From positions 1 through 42,695 of the IMG/VR virus record IMGVR_UViG_3300006927_002472: a stretch of DNA of 42,695 nucleotides; one strand, written 5' to 3'. The stretch comes from a virus. Taxonomy: Duplodnaviria > Caudoviricetes. Shown one piece after another: positions 18,671 to 28,391 of this stretch. The position numbers and the translations under genes are program-made. Below the pieces are notes generated by a model. That model made no database searches. It saw only the letters and a program-made list of their open reading frames with translations, and was not told the DNA's origin. Numbering within the stretch: the stretch's first letter is position 1; the number at the start of each line of letters is the position of its first letter.

Positions 18671-19313
18671 TATATAACTCTGCTAGTTTAAAATCTTCAA
18701 AAGTATCTATCTCTATACTCTCAGGTAATTGTATCGGATAAAAATAATTATTTTCACTCGTTCTATTCTTATTCTTCATAAATTCTTTTTTCGTGAATAT
18801 AAAGAAAGCTCCATTACCCATTATAACTGGTTCTAAATTCTGTGTTTTAGGAACTTCTTCAGGATTAAAATTTACCGGTTGTCCTTTGAAATATGTAAAT
18901 TCTTTATGTTCTGTACACGCACATACTGTATCATAACCTTTAGTTAACATTTCAGTAGCTTTTAGTATAGTTTTTAACTTTATAAAAGGTGATGTTACAT
19001 GAGGTGTTATTATTATTCCATCTTCATCAACAACAAATTTATTTAAAAAGTTTTCAATCATAAATAGTACCGGACTTACTCCAAATTCAATATTATTCTC
19101 CATCTCAACAAATCTTGAATCTCTTTTATAACAAGTTATATTAGTTAAAGTTTTACATTCATTAAATATTCTATCACTATCTGTATCTATATATACATCT
19201 TCGAGTGCCAACTCATTTAACAAATGCCTATATAATGGTATACCACTTAAAGTAAGAAAGTTTTTATTGGGTAATCTTTCTGATTCTTCTTTTATTATTA
19301 TAAAAAATTTCAT
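18645..19313 (-). CDS. Acylneuraminate (CMP-ulosonic acid) cytidylyltransferase, NeuA-like
   Basis: K..SERLPNKNF, IDTDS, HVTSPF, KTQNL, NGAFFI, IEIDT.EDF..AE. Confidence 0.88.
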   Translation of the reverse strand: MKFFIIIKEESERLPNKNFLTLSGIPLYRHLLNELALEDVYIDTDSDRIFNECKTLTNITCYKRDSRFVEMENNIEFGVSPVLFMIENFLNKFVVDEDGIIITPHVTSPFIKLKTILKATEMLTKGYDTVCACTEHKEFTYFKGQPVNFNPEEVPKTQNLEPVIMGNGAFFIFTKKEFMKNKNRTSENNYFYPIQLPESIEIDTFEDFKLAELYSERNNRIS

Positions 19314-19762
19314 TCTTCAATAAATGTACAAACAATAGTTCTCTCTTGAAGTGGATAAACTTCATCACCTGGATCTAACTCTATAAAATGTATATCTTGC
19401 CACTTACCCAACATCAATTCACCATTTTCAATTGGTACTATTTCTGATGTATTAAAAAATAGTGTTCTCATATGAGCGTATGCATTAATTCTTTCTCCTT
19501 GAGGTACGTCATTACGTAAGGATATCAAATCATGTAGATATCTTCTATTTTCTGGTTTATGTTTTGGTAAATATTTATCAAGCCAAAATCTTATATCAGC
19601 GTGATGCAATGTTTCATTTTCAAGTACTCTCAATGAAGTAGTAGTATGTGTTGTGTACATATTAACTAATCCACTTTTACCCCACTCTTTTGCATACGCA
19701 GCAACTTCAGGTGTAAGTATTGTAAAAAGTTTATCTGTTTTTATTTTAATAGTTTTTTTCAT
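19310..19762 (-). CDS. yjbQ: YjbQ (UPF0047) family protein
   Basis: HTTTSL...ENE, YLHD, N..AH, G.L.LG.WQ.I.F.ELD...R. Confidence 0.85.
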   Translation of the reverse strand: MKKTIKIKTDKLFTILTPEVAAYAKEWGKSGLVNMYTTHTTTSLRVLENETLHHADIRFWLDKYLPKHKPENRRYLHDLISLRNDVPQGERINAYAHMRTLFFNTSEIVPIENGELMLGKWQDIHFIELDPGDEVYPLQERTIVCTFIEE

Positions 19763-20484
19763 TTTAAAATATCCTCTAATTTTTGATATTCAAGTTCAGG
19801 AAAGGTGTTTGTTGCATCACAATTTATTAAATTTATGCTATGCTTGTCAAGTTCTTTTTTAACGTGATTATAATTTATCCATTCTCGTTTTCCTTCTTTT
19901 CTTACACTATCATAAAAGTGGTCCCAACCACCATCACAACCTAACAAATAAATATCCTTAAATCCTAAGTATACTGCTAAAGGTATAGCTAAGTTATCTA
20001 TAGTGCTTCCTCCATACGCTGTAATTGTTTCTAAATTTGTATCTATATAATACTCATCTGTTTTTAATAACGTTTCTCTATTTTCCATATGATTTATATG
20101 AATACCACTTTTTTCATTGTGTTTAACTATATAAATATTTTCATATTTACTATCTAAATTAATTCCTCTACAAGTAGAACCAGGATTGTTATGACAATTA
20201 CCGTGTCCGTTCGAATATTTATCTGCAATCATACATCTGTTACATATCACATACCAGCCGTCATTCATTTTATCATTAAAAATAGCATGATAATGGTTTT
20301 CCATAACTGTAGTATCTGCTATACAGAGATAATCTGGTGTAAAATCTTCTTTAAGTAAAATTAAATTAATACCTATTGTAACTTCATCTTTTAATAATGA
20401 TAAATCTAATTCATTTAATGAAGTACCTGTACCAACTACAAAACATCTTTCTTTTTTATCTTTATAGTAATTTTTTTCTACCAT
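19759..20484 (-). CDS. Maf/MptE-like (GT42 CstII-like) putative ulosonic-acid transferase
   Basis: RCFVVGTGTSL..LDL, TIGIN, PDY...AD, A.PLA.YLGFKDIYLLGCD. Confidence 0.7.
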   Translation of the reverse strand: MVEKNYYKDKKERCFVVGTGTSLNELDLSLLKDEVTIGINLILLKEDFTPDYLCIADTTVMENHYHAIFNDKMNDGWYVICNRCMIADKYSNGHGNCHNNPGSTCRGINLDSKYENIYIVKHNEKSGIHINHMENRETLLKTDEYYIDTNLETITAYGGSTIDNLAIPLAVYLGFKDIYLLGCDGGWDHFYDSVRKEGKREWINYNHVKKELDKHSINLINCDATNTFPELEYQKLEDILK

Positions 20485-21467
20485 TATTTAATATCTTCAC
20501 TTATTTGATTCAACCAATATGACATTTTTAACTTTTCTAAATTATATTCTTTATCCATCATTTCTTTATATTTGTCTTCTAAAAATTCTTCTGTAAGACT
20601 ACATATATCATCAACTTGTAATATAGGTAAATCATCGTACCAACTCATACCGAGTGTCTTTTGAACAATAGGTATAACACCAATGTACATAGCTTCCCAA
20701 GTTCTATGTGAATCCGCACAACAACTCTCAGGTGAGATTGCAAATTTATGATGATACATTTCTCTCAAATATTCAAACTGTCTACCTACACCTTCAGTTG
20801 CCCAACTTTTATCTCGGAAATAGTACACAATTTCATCTCGTTCCGCGTTAGTACCTAATCTGAAATTAAAGACGACTAAATTATCATCTCTCTTTTTTTC
20901 ATTAAATAATACTTTATCTCTTATTAGTTCGATTGTAATATTACATAAACCGTTTGGTACGGGTCTAAATTTATCATTATCAACACACATCAAACCTTTA
21001 CTATATATTCTTTTTATATTTTTCGGTGTATTGTATATATCATATATTTCAGGAAAATTACCTCCGTGTGGTTCTGGTGAAGTTACCACATATAAATCTT
21101 CCACATCTAAATTTACAGTTCTTTTAGTTTTTGCTAAAAATGAATTTATATTATCAATTAGTACACCTTTAACTCCAGTTGATTGTTTATCTGTTACTTT
21201 TAATATACCCGCATCATCATTTGTACCCAAAATAATATCATAATCTTCAAAATATCTACTCATCCAATTAGGTGAATCTCCTTGTGTATCAGTAATGAAT
21301 TTAACTTTTTTATTTTCTTTTAAAAATGATTTTAATTTATCATTCCAAATATGTCCTATATTAAATCCCCATTTACCCGTACCTGGTCCGACATGAACAC
21401 CAGTCCAATGTATAAATTCATCTCTCTCTATAGATTTTAGATATTCTAATGTAAATTTAGATTCCAT
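20484..21467 (-). CDS. Exostosin (GT47)-like glycosyltransferase
   Basis: C-terminal KFAISPE....DSHRTWEAMYIGVIPIV and DLPIL.V, matching the exostosin-like F.L.P.G...D.HR.WEA...G.IP motif. Confidence 0.7.
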   Translation of the reverse strand: MESKFTLEYLKSIERDEFIHWTGVHVGPGTGKWGFNIGHIWNDKLKSFLKENKKVKFITDTQGDSPNWMSRYFEDYDIILGTNDDAGILKVTDKQSTGVKGVLIDNINSFLAKTKRTVNLDVEDLYVVTSPEPHGGNFPEIYDIYNTPKNIKRIYSKGLMCVDNDKFRPVPNGLCNITIELIRDKVLFNEKKRDDNLVVFNFRLGTNAERDEIVYYFRDKSWATEGVGRQFEYLREMYHHKFAISPESCCADSHRTWEAMYIGVIPIVQKTLGMSWYDDLPILQVDDICSLTEEFLEDKYKEMMDKEYNLEKLKMSYWLNQISEDIK

Positions 21468-22197
21468 CTTTTTTCCTTTGTACTATTTTTTTATCTTTTA
21501 TCAATCCTACTTCTGTCCACTCTGTTAAAAAATCTGAACGTGTTTTTATTTCTTCATAAGCCCCCACTATATCCATCGCTTTAGGTTCAGTCCAATGAGC
21601 TTTATGTACCCATGCGTGTTCTGCTAAATTTCCTGACCAATAATCATCAAATATTACTATACCACCTTCACTTACAAGTTTAGCATAGTCATCCCAATCT
21701 TGTATTACACCCTTTTTTGTATGGTCTCCGTCTATAAATAATAAATCTATTGAACTCCCTAATATAGAATTAACTTTTTCAATAACTGATGAATCGTGTG
21801 ATGAACCTTCTATCAGATTATATAAATGTTTATGTTTATTATGTTTTACTACATTACTATTTACTGAAGAAATTGTGTTAGTCCCCCCACTTACAGGGTC
21901 TTCTGTAAGTCCTGTTCTACTTTTATAGTAACCATTAAAATAATCAATTGAAACATAATGTGATTTGTATACAGTCTGCATCATTGTTAACATAGAACCG
22001 CCCCATAAAGTTCCAATATCTAAAACTTTCTTACACGTATCTCCCATCAACTCTTTAACTAAATATAAAATATGAGTTGCTCCGTGTTCAGCATTCATAG
22101 CTACTCTACCAATCATATCTTTATTGATAGATTCTACAACTTCTAATGAATAATCTAATTTTTTGTGATTTAATATATCTTCTAATTTAAGTTGCAT
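21457..22197 (-). CDS. Class I SAM-dependent methyltransferase (Methyltransf_24-like)
   Basis: LDIGTLWGGS, IEGSS, IDLLFIDGDHT..GV..D, GGIVIFDDY; start placed at ATG 22197. Confidence 0.9.
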   Translation of the reverse strand: MQLKLEDILNHKKLDYSLEVVESINKDMIGRVAMNAEHGATHILYLVKELMGDTCKKVLDIGTLWGGSMLTMMQTVYKSHYVSIDYFNGYYKSRTGLTEDPVSGGTNTISSVNSNVVKHNKHKHLYNLIEGSSHDSSVIEKVNSILGSSIDLLFIDGDHTKKGVIQDWDDYAKLVSEGGIVIFDDYWSGNLAEHAWVHKAHWTEPKAMDIVGAYEEIKTRSDFLTEWTEVGLIKDKKIVQRKKDGI

Positions 22198-23602
22198 TCC
22201 TACTCTCAAATTCTTTTACATATCTATCTAAATCTTCTGGTGTTCCTAATCCCCACATCTGTTTTCTATCAATATGATATGTCTTTATCTTTTTACCATC
22301 TTCTATTGCTTCATTATAAACAGGACATACATAAAATTCATTATTAGTTCTAACATCTTTATCTAACATTTGTTTACAATATTTTATATAATCAGAACCT
22401 CTTGTCCAAAAATATACACCAACTGTAGCTATATTACTAATTGGGTCTTTCTCAGCTACTCTTTCAACGTATCCGTTATCATCAAGTTTTGCAAAACTCC
22501 ATTTCGGGTGTGTTGATTTAAATGTTAATATCCCTCCATCAATATCATCTGCTATCATAGAATACATAAACTCATTACTATTCCAATCAAGATACTGGTC
22601 TGAATTTGCCATTAATAATGGTTCATCATTATTAATATATTTTTCTGCTAATAATGTTGTACACGCCGCACCTTCAGTTATTCCATCTATCTGTACAATT
22701 TCACAGTTGGGTGAAATTAAGTTTAATAAATGTTTTAAATTATACTTTTCATAATGTTTTTTTTGTACAACATAAATATACTTAGCTTCTATGTTTAAAC
22801 TTTCCACTACCAGTTGTATCATGGGTTTTCCTTCTACATCAACTAATGGTTTTGGAAAACTATAACCAACTTTTTCAAATCGTTTTCCGGCTCCTGCCAT
22901 CGGTATTAATACATTCATTGTATCTCCTTGCCACTTAGGTTTAATTTCTCCATCTCTATCCGTTGTCTTAATTACTTTTTTAATTTTATCATAACTAACA
23001 TCTTCAGTATTTTTTACAGAACATAAAATTGCTCCACTACTTAAAGCACCTTTTCTACCTATATGTGAATCTTCTACAATTACAGTTTCATTTGGATTTA
23101 CTTCCGCCTTAATCATACACTTTAAATACATTTCTGAATTTGGTTTTGAATTTTTTACATCCTGATTAGAATACATAAAATCAATATATTCAAAAAAACC
23201 TTTTCTAATTAATTGTAATTTAGCCGTTTCTCTAATTGAATTAGTTGCACATGCTAATTTATAACCTTCTGATTTTAAACTTCTTAGTATACCTCTGATT
23301 CTATCATCTACATTAAATCCATCAATAATCTTTAAGGTCATTTCTTGTTTTAATTTCCATACAGTATCATGTAAGTTTTCAGGTAGTCCTTTATTTGTTG
23401 TAAGCATATTTAATTTTTTAGTAGTTGATAATCCGTCGTATGTTGACAAATGTTCATCTCGATTTATAATATATTTTTGATTTATATGTGATAACGCTTT
23501 ATTCAACGCTTCATAATGTATTTCTCTTGCGTCAACTAATACTCCATCTAAATCAAAAATTATTAATTTAATACGTGTTGTATTTACATTATTTTTATCC
23601 AC
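22187..23602 (-). CDS. HAD-family hydrolase fused to BcbE-like nucleotidyltransferase
   Basis: N-half FDLDGVLVD, ATNS, KP, VEDS..G; C-half IPMAGAG.RF...PKPL, TEGAACT, ANSDQ, AEK.PIS..A..G.Y, NEFYV.PVYN, GLGTPEDL. Confidence 0.9.
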   Translation of the reverse strand: MDKNNVNTTRIKLIIFDLDGVLVDAREIHYEALNKALSHINQKYIINRDEHLSTYDGLSTTKKLNMLTTNKGLPENLHDTVWKLKQEMTLKIIDGFNVDDRIRGILRSLKSEGYKLACATNSIRETAKLQLIRKGFFEYIDFMYSNQDVKNSKPNSEMYLKCMIKAEVNPNETVIVEDSHIGRKGALSSGAILCSVKNTEDVSYDKIKKVIKTTDRDGEIKPKWQGDTMNVLIPMAGAGKRFEKVGYSFPKPLVDVEGKPMIQLVVESLNIEAKYIYVVQKKHYEKYNLKHLLNLISPNCEIVQIDGITEGAACTTLLAEKYINNDEPLLMANSDQYLDWNSNEFMYSMIADDIDGGILTFKSTHPKWSFAKLDDNGYVERVAEKDPISNIATVGVYFWTRGSDYIKYCKQMLDKDVRTNNEFYVCPVYNEAIEDGKKIKTYHIDRKQMWGLGTPEDLDRYVKEFESRNAT

Positions 23603-23614
23603 AATAACTCCCCT

Positions 23615-23944
23615 TTAATCAACTTTAAATACTACTTTATCACCGACTTTACTCGGAGTTTTTACACATATAATACCACAATCTTCTAAAAAATCTGGGT
23701 CTGCTATTTCATATGGTTTAACAATAAAAATATCTCCTGTGTTTAACTCTTTCCCCTGCATTATCATTTTACCACTAACTAATAAATTTATTTCAGTAAT
23801 ATCTTTATGATAATGCCATTCCCATTGTTCACCTTTTGGGTGTACTCTATAACAAACTTCAAAATCTTTTGTTTTATATGCTGTAGGTTCAAAGTCTCCA
23901 ACAAACCAACCCTTAAACATATCTTTAAGTTTAAATATATCCAT
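23615..23944 (-). CDS. Small cupin-domain protein
   Basis: GWFVGDF.P, HYHK..TEINL..SG.M, GDIF.V.P.E; start at 23944 by TAATG overlap. Confidence 0.75.
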   Translation of the reverse strand: MDIFKLKDMFKGWFVGDFEPTAYKTKDFEVCYRVHPKGEQWEWHYHKDITEINLLVSGKMIMQGKELNTGDIFIVKPYEIADPDFLEDCGIICVKTPSKVGDKVVFKVD

Positions 23945-25041
23945 TATATTCCAATCTCCTCCCAATCAATAGTTTCAAATCCTTTATCTGTTTCTACATT
24001 AACACTTATAGCTCTATCTGGTAACCATTTTGTTAATTTATCATTAATTAAAACTCTCGCACCATTACCTACATTCATTATTAATTGATCCCAACACAAC
24101 CCTAATTCTCTTAAATCTTTTTCTGTCATTTCTCGTGCACTTTCTTTCCTACCGGTCATTAAAATAATCCTACATCCTGTTGAATCCCATTCATCAAATT
24201 TTTCTAACACACCTGGTAATATTTCTGCTTTATTACGTGTAACAACAGAAAATCTATGTGAATGTTTTAGTATTGTTCCGTCTAAATCACATATTATAGT
24301 TTTCGGTTTATTTTGTTTATATTCTCTTTGTTTTCCCAAATAATTTTTATAATCTTCAGGTGAACCTAAAGAATGATATTGTCCACTTTCAAAATGATAA
24401 TTTCTTATTTTTTTACTATTTTCAATTAATATATTATATGTTGGTGCTATATAATATTCATTTCCAGATTTATTACCTCTACTAATCAGTTCTTCAGCTG
24501 AAACTATAAAATCTTTACCGTGTTTCCAATAATGTAATCCAATTAACGCTAAATTACTTATAGGTTTTTTTTCTGCTAACTCTAAACCTAACCCATCTTC
24601 ATCTACTTTTATATAACTATTTTTAGGACTACTTGAATCATAAGTTATAACTACTCCATCATCTTCTTCATTTATTGAATTTATAAATTTATCTGATGAC
24701 CAATCTAAAACTTGATCGCAATTTGTTATAATTAACGGTTCATTATTATTTATTGATTCTTTCGCTAATAAACACGTAGCGGTAGCTCCTTCAGTTAAAT
24801 AATCTACTTCGTAAATTATAGGTTTGTCTGTAATTTTATTTAAAGTTTCTTTCAATAAAATATTATGTTCTTCATTTTCATATTTTCTAACGATAAATAT
24901 GTACTGACCTTCAATATCTAAAGACTCTACTGCCAACTCAACCATTAATTTATTACCTACTTTAATTAATGGTTTAGGTATATCATACCCTTTTATTTTA
25001 AATCTTGAACCCGCTCCTGCCATTGGTATTAAAATATTCAT
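23944..25041 (-). CDS. BcbE-like nucleotidyltransferase fused to C-terminal HAD phosphatase
   Basis: N-part IPMAGAGSRF...PKPL, TEGA..T, NCDQ, AEKKPIS, EYYIAPTYN, LGSPED; C-part CDLDGT, MTGR, INDK. Confidence 0.9.
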   Translation of the reverse strand: MNILIPMAGAGSRFKIKGYDIPKPLIKVGNKLMVELAVESLDIEGQYIFIVRKYENEEHNILLKETLNKITDKPIIYEVDYLTEGATATCLLAKESINNNEPLIITNCDQVLDWSSDKFINSINEEDDGVVITYDSSSPKNSYIKVDEDGLGLELAEKKPISNLALIGLHYWKHGKDFIVSAEELISRGNKSGNEYYIAPTYNILIENSKKIRNYHFESGQYHSLGSPEDYKNYLGKQREYKQNKPKTIICDLDGTILKHSHRFSVVTRNKAEILPGVLEKFDEWDSTGCRIILMTGRKESAREMTEKDLRELGLCWDQLIMNVGNGARVLINDKLTKWLPDRAISVNVETDKGFETIDWEEIGI

Positions 25042-25757
25042 ATTATTTGATTTTCCTTCATATGTTTAATTATAATATCATCTAACTCAAAATAATCATC
25101 TCCGTGTATGCACTTATACCAATGTTTACTATATTCACCTTTAACTAATGCGTTACTTACCACTACTGGATAATTACGATTCGTTCCTAATATTTTATAT
25201 CCATCATTGTAATAATCTTGTAATTCAAATTCCCACGGTCCTCCTAAACCTGGTTTCATATATTTCAACATATATTCTTTTGACCAAATAGATGGTTGAC
25301 AACAAACTCTATACATTGATGTTTGACTTAGTTCAGTAACTTCTACATCACTCTGACCATATATAGGGTCTATTATTGTTCTATAAGTTGTATAAGATTT
25401 ATTAATTGAATTATTTGTAAGGTCAATACGACCTATATTATCATCTAAACAAGTTAATAGTTGTTCATAAACATATTCATTAAATGGTTTTATAAAAAAG
25501 TGGTCTTCTTGCATAAATATAAAATAATCATCTTCAACTGTACTAAAATAATTATGGAAATCAGTAGTCCATCCTTTTGACCCATTATTTGAACCCAAAG
25601 CTATAATACTAAAGTTTTTTGGAAGTTCATATTCACTAATTGTTCCTCTATTAAGAACTGTTACTTCTATATCATCAGACCAAAATTTATTAAATAAATA
25701 TGCATATGGTGTTAATGCACTAACATAATCATCACAAGTTGCTACAAATACTTTCAT
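25038..25757 (-). CDS. Putative GT-A fold glycosyltransferase
   Basis: DYFIFMQEDHFF, QPSIW, PWEFE motifs; cluster context. Confidence 0.55.
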   Translation of the reverse strand: MKVFVATCDDYVSALTPYAYLFNKFWSDDIEVTVLNRGTISEYELPKNFSIIALGSNNGSKGWTTDFHNYFSTVEDDYFIFMQEDHFFIKPFNEYVYEQLLTCLDDNIGRIDLTNNSINKSYTTYRTIIDPIYGQSDVEVTELSQTSMYRVCCQPSIWSKEYMLKYMKPGLGGPWEFELQDYYNDGYKILGTNRNYPVVVSNALVKGEYSKHWYKCIHGDDYFELDDIIIKHMKENQII

Positions 25758-26422
25758 GCTACATACTCCGCGGATAATCGTTTATCTTTTAAACTTCTAA
25801 TTGATGAATGTTGATTCATTTTATACTCATATTTAGGTAGTACTCGTTTTGACCATTCTACATCTTCAGATTCACCCCAATTTAAATTTTCATTTAACGG
25901 TTCATCTTCCATTACATATTTTTTAGCTACCCAATAACCACCTGAAATATACATATATTCAAATTTATTATAATCGTATGATGGTAATCTTAACCTATGA
26001 TTAGGGTCTGTAATAACTGGTCTTGTTTGAACTTCTTGAGCTCCACCAGGAAAATTAAGTTCAGGGTCATCATAAGCACACCAATCTCGAAACCTACTAC
26101 CGTCAAGATTTTTTATTATATTCATACAAATATCCCATTCATCTCCAAATTTTTGAAATCCTATATACCAGTCGTCTTCTAAATAAAAATAATCATGTAA
26201 AAATACAATATTATCATATTTAGCATTTTGAGTAATTAAATTTTTCTTAACTGTATAATTACCTGTACCTTCATCAAACGGTACATATTTTATTTCACTT
26301 CGATATTCATCTCTACCACCAACTACAACAATTTCATAATTTATTATATTCTGTTTTAATATAGAATCTATAACTACATTCGTAACTAAACTATTAGTGA
26401 TAATTCCAAATGTAAAATCCAT
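25754..26422 (-). CDS. Glycosyltransferase family 2-like
   Basis: FTFGIIT, SI..Q...NYEIVVV, KKN.....AKYD.IVFLHDY, WGESEDVEWS.R. Confidence 0.75.
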   Translation of the reverse strand: MDFTFGIITNSLVTNVVIDSILKQNIINYEIVVVGGRDEYRSEIKYVPFDEGTGNYTVKKNLITQNAKYDNIVFLHDYFYLEDDWYIGFQKFGDEWDICMNIIKNLDGSRFRDWCAYDDPELNFPGGAQEVQTRPVITDPNHRLRLPSYDYNKFEYMYISGGYWVAKKYVMEDEPLNENLNWGESEDVEWSKRVLPKYEYKMNQHSSIRSLKDKRLSAEYVA

Positions 26423-27282
26423 TACGCATCACCTAAAACTATAGTTTTACCTTCACCGCTATATCTAAGATAATCAATATTAGAATAATCATAATCTTTG
26501 ATTCTATAGTTAGTCCAATCTCCTGCATAAGGTCTGTTTATATTTATACAACCTGCTATATTATCTATACCAGCTCCTACATCCATAAAAATAGCATTAG
26601 TATATTTTTTAAATCTATACAGTAATGCAGATTTAGAATGTCCTATACCTAAAAGAAATATTTTTGATGTTGATTCTTTTAATTGTTTACCTACAAAATC
26701 TTCAACTAAATTTACATCATCACATGCATACTTTTGTGGAAAGTGTATATAATCATTAAAATTATCTAATCCTAAATATTCTTTATATTCATCATACTGC
26801 ATAAGTTCTTCAATCAAATACAATTTTTCACTAGCTCCTATCAAACCAATACTATTACCAAATTCTTTAAAAAACCATTTATTAGAAACTAAACTGTAAC
26901 CATATTCAGCTGGATAATGTATCTCTATATCTGGTATTACATCTGTAAACATTCTTCTATTCTCTGGATATATTTCACACATATAATAATCATTTAGTTT
27001 AGCTCCATCTACAAAATCTTGATGATTAATTTCTTCAAATGGTAAACTTAAAGCTCTATTACCTGGTTTTGCACTACCGACTCCATTTTTAGTCAAGAAA
27101 TAATAATCTCCGTCTCCGAATTTATAAAACGTTTTAGAAGCTTTAACGTGTACAAGTTGTTTTAGATGTGATTTAAATTTAATTAAATCTTCTTGAAATT
27201 CTGGATATGTATTATTATCTCTGAAACAAGAATGTGGATCTAAATTTATTGTATTATTTATTTTATATAAATCAGAGTACAC
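26422..27282 (-). CDS. Putative GT-D fold-like glycosyltransferase
   Basis: FYKFGDGD, LLGIG..K and MDVGAGID resemble DUF1792/GT-D motifs (RFGDGE, D.G...D); GTG start overlapping upstream TAG. Confidence 0.5.
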   Translation of the reverse strand: MYSDLYKINNTINLDPHSCFRDNNTYPEFQEDLIKFKSHLKQLVHVKASKTFYKFGDGDYYFLTKNGVGSAKPGNRALSLPFEEINHQDFVDGAKLNDYYMCEIYPENRRMFTDVIPDIEIHYPAEYGYSLVSNKWFFKEFGNSIGLIGASEKLYLIEELMQYDEYKEYLGLDNFNDYIHFPQKYACDDVNLVEDFVGKQLKESTSKIFLLGIGHSKSALLYRFKKYTNAIFMDVGAGIDNIAGCININRPYAGDWTNYRIKDYDYSNIDYLRYSGEGKTIVLGDA

Positions 27283-28391
27283 TAAAAATTCTCTTCAAAA
27301 TACTTGTTAACCCAATAAATTACATAATCAATATCTTCTTCCTTCATTCTATTATTACAAGGTAATGTCAAAAATTTCAACCACTCAGTATCAGAAACTG
27401 GATATTCTCTATCATGTTTTAAAATATCATACTTATATAACGGTTTGAAATGAACAGAAGTATGAATATTTTTATCAGCCAAATACTCTATTAAAATATC
27501 TCTATGATTAGCTGGTACTCTGGTTACATAATATTGAACAGTTTCAGAATGTGGTGGTCTTTGTACTAACGGATTTAATTCTTTATTATATCTTGACTGT
27601 ACGTGTCTTCTAAATTTTAAATGTTCTGGTAATTTTTTCATCTGTTCTAAACAAATAGCAGCAATAATATCTATCATATAATATTTGTACCCCAAAACAT
27701 TTACTTTATAATCCCACGAATAACCTGGTTTACCGTCTAACCCCTTTTTTGACCTACTCCAAGTTGAAGATACACCAAACCACGTCATTTCTCTACATCT
27801 ATCAGCTAACTGTTTATCATCTGTAGTAATCATTCCACCGTCTCCTGCAGGCATTGTCTTTACTGCTTGAAAAGACCATACTGCACAATCTCCATCTAAC
27901 CCAGCCCCTGGTGTATAACAACTGTGAGCGGTATCTTGAAGTATAAATCCATCAAATACTTTTCTTAACTCTTTATAATCAGCAAAAACCCCAGCTTCAT
28001 CTACAGCTATCATTAACTCACTATTTGGTTTTTTATATCTTTCAACATCTTCAGGATCAATACATAACGTGTCTCGTTTTACATCAACTATATTAGAAGT
28101 AAAATTATTCCATAAAGGTATCATAGCAGTTGCTATAAAAGATATAGCTGGATTAATTACATCTATACCCTTCCAACCCATAGCTTTCATTACTAAATCT
28201 TGTCCGTGTGAATTACTTGTAACTGCTACAGCATATTTATGTCCTACCATCTCAGCGAACTTCTCTTCAAACTCCTGTACCTTTGGTCCTTTTCCCCACC
28301 AGCCACTTTCTATAACTTCACGTAAAGCCTGTACTTCTTCTTCACCACCTTTAGGTCCTAATACTGGTAACATAGTTTCTCTAATCTTCAT
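27282..28391 (-). CDS. DegT/DnrJ/EryC1/StrS sugar aminotransferase, copy 2
   Basis: Close paralog of 4603-5718; QDTAHS, SFQAVKTM..GDGGM; start at ATG 28391 (MKIRET). Confidence 0.92.
   Translation of the reverse strand: MKIRETMLPVLGPKGGEEEVQALREVIESGWWGKGPKVQEFEEKFAEMVGHKYAVAVTSNSHGQDLVMKAMGWKGIDVINPAISFIATAMIPLWNNFTSNIVDVKRDTLCIDPEDVERYKKPNSELMIAVDEAGVFADYKELRKVFDGFILQDTAHSCYTPGAGLDGDCAVWSFQAVKTMPAGDGGMITTDDKQLADRCREMTWFGVSSTWSRSKKGLDGKPGYSWDYKVNVLGYKYYMIDIIAAICLEQMKKLPEHLKFRRHVQSRYNKELNPLVQRPPHSETVQYYVTRVPANHRDILIEYLADKNIHTSVHFKPLYKYDILKHDREYPVSDTEWLKFLTLPCNNRMKEEDIDYVIYWVNKYFEENF
28090..28184. repeat. 95-nt perfect direct repeat, copy 2 (within DegT paralog 2)
   Basis: Identical to 5417-5511 by manual comparison. 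Confidence 0.9.
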
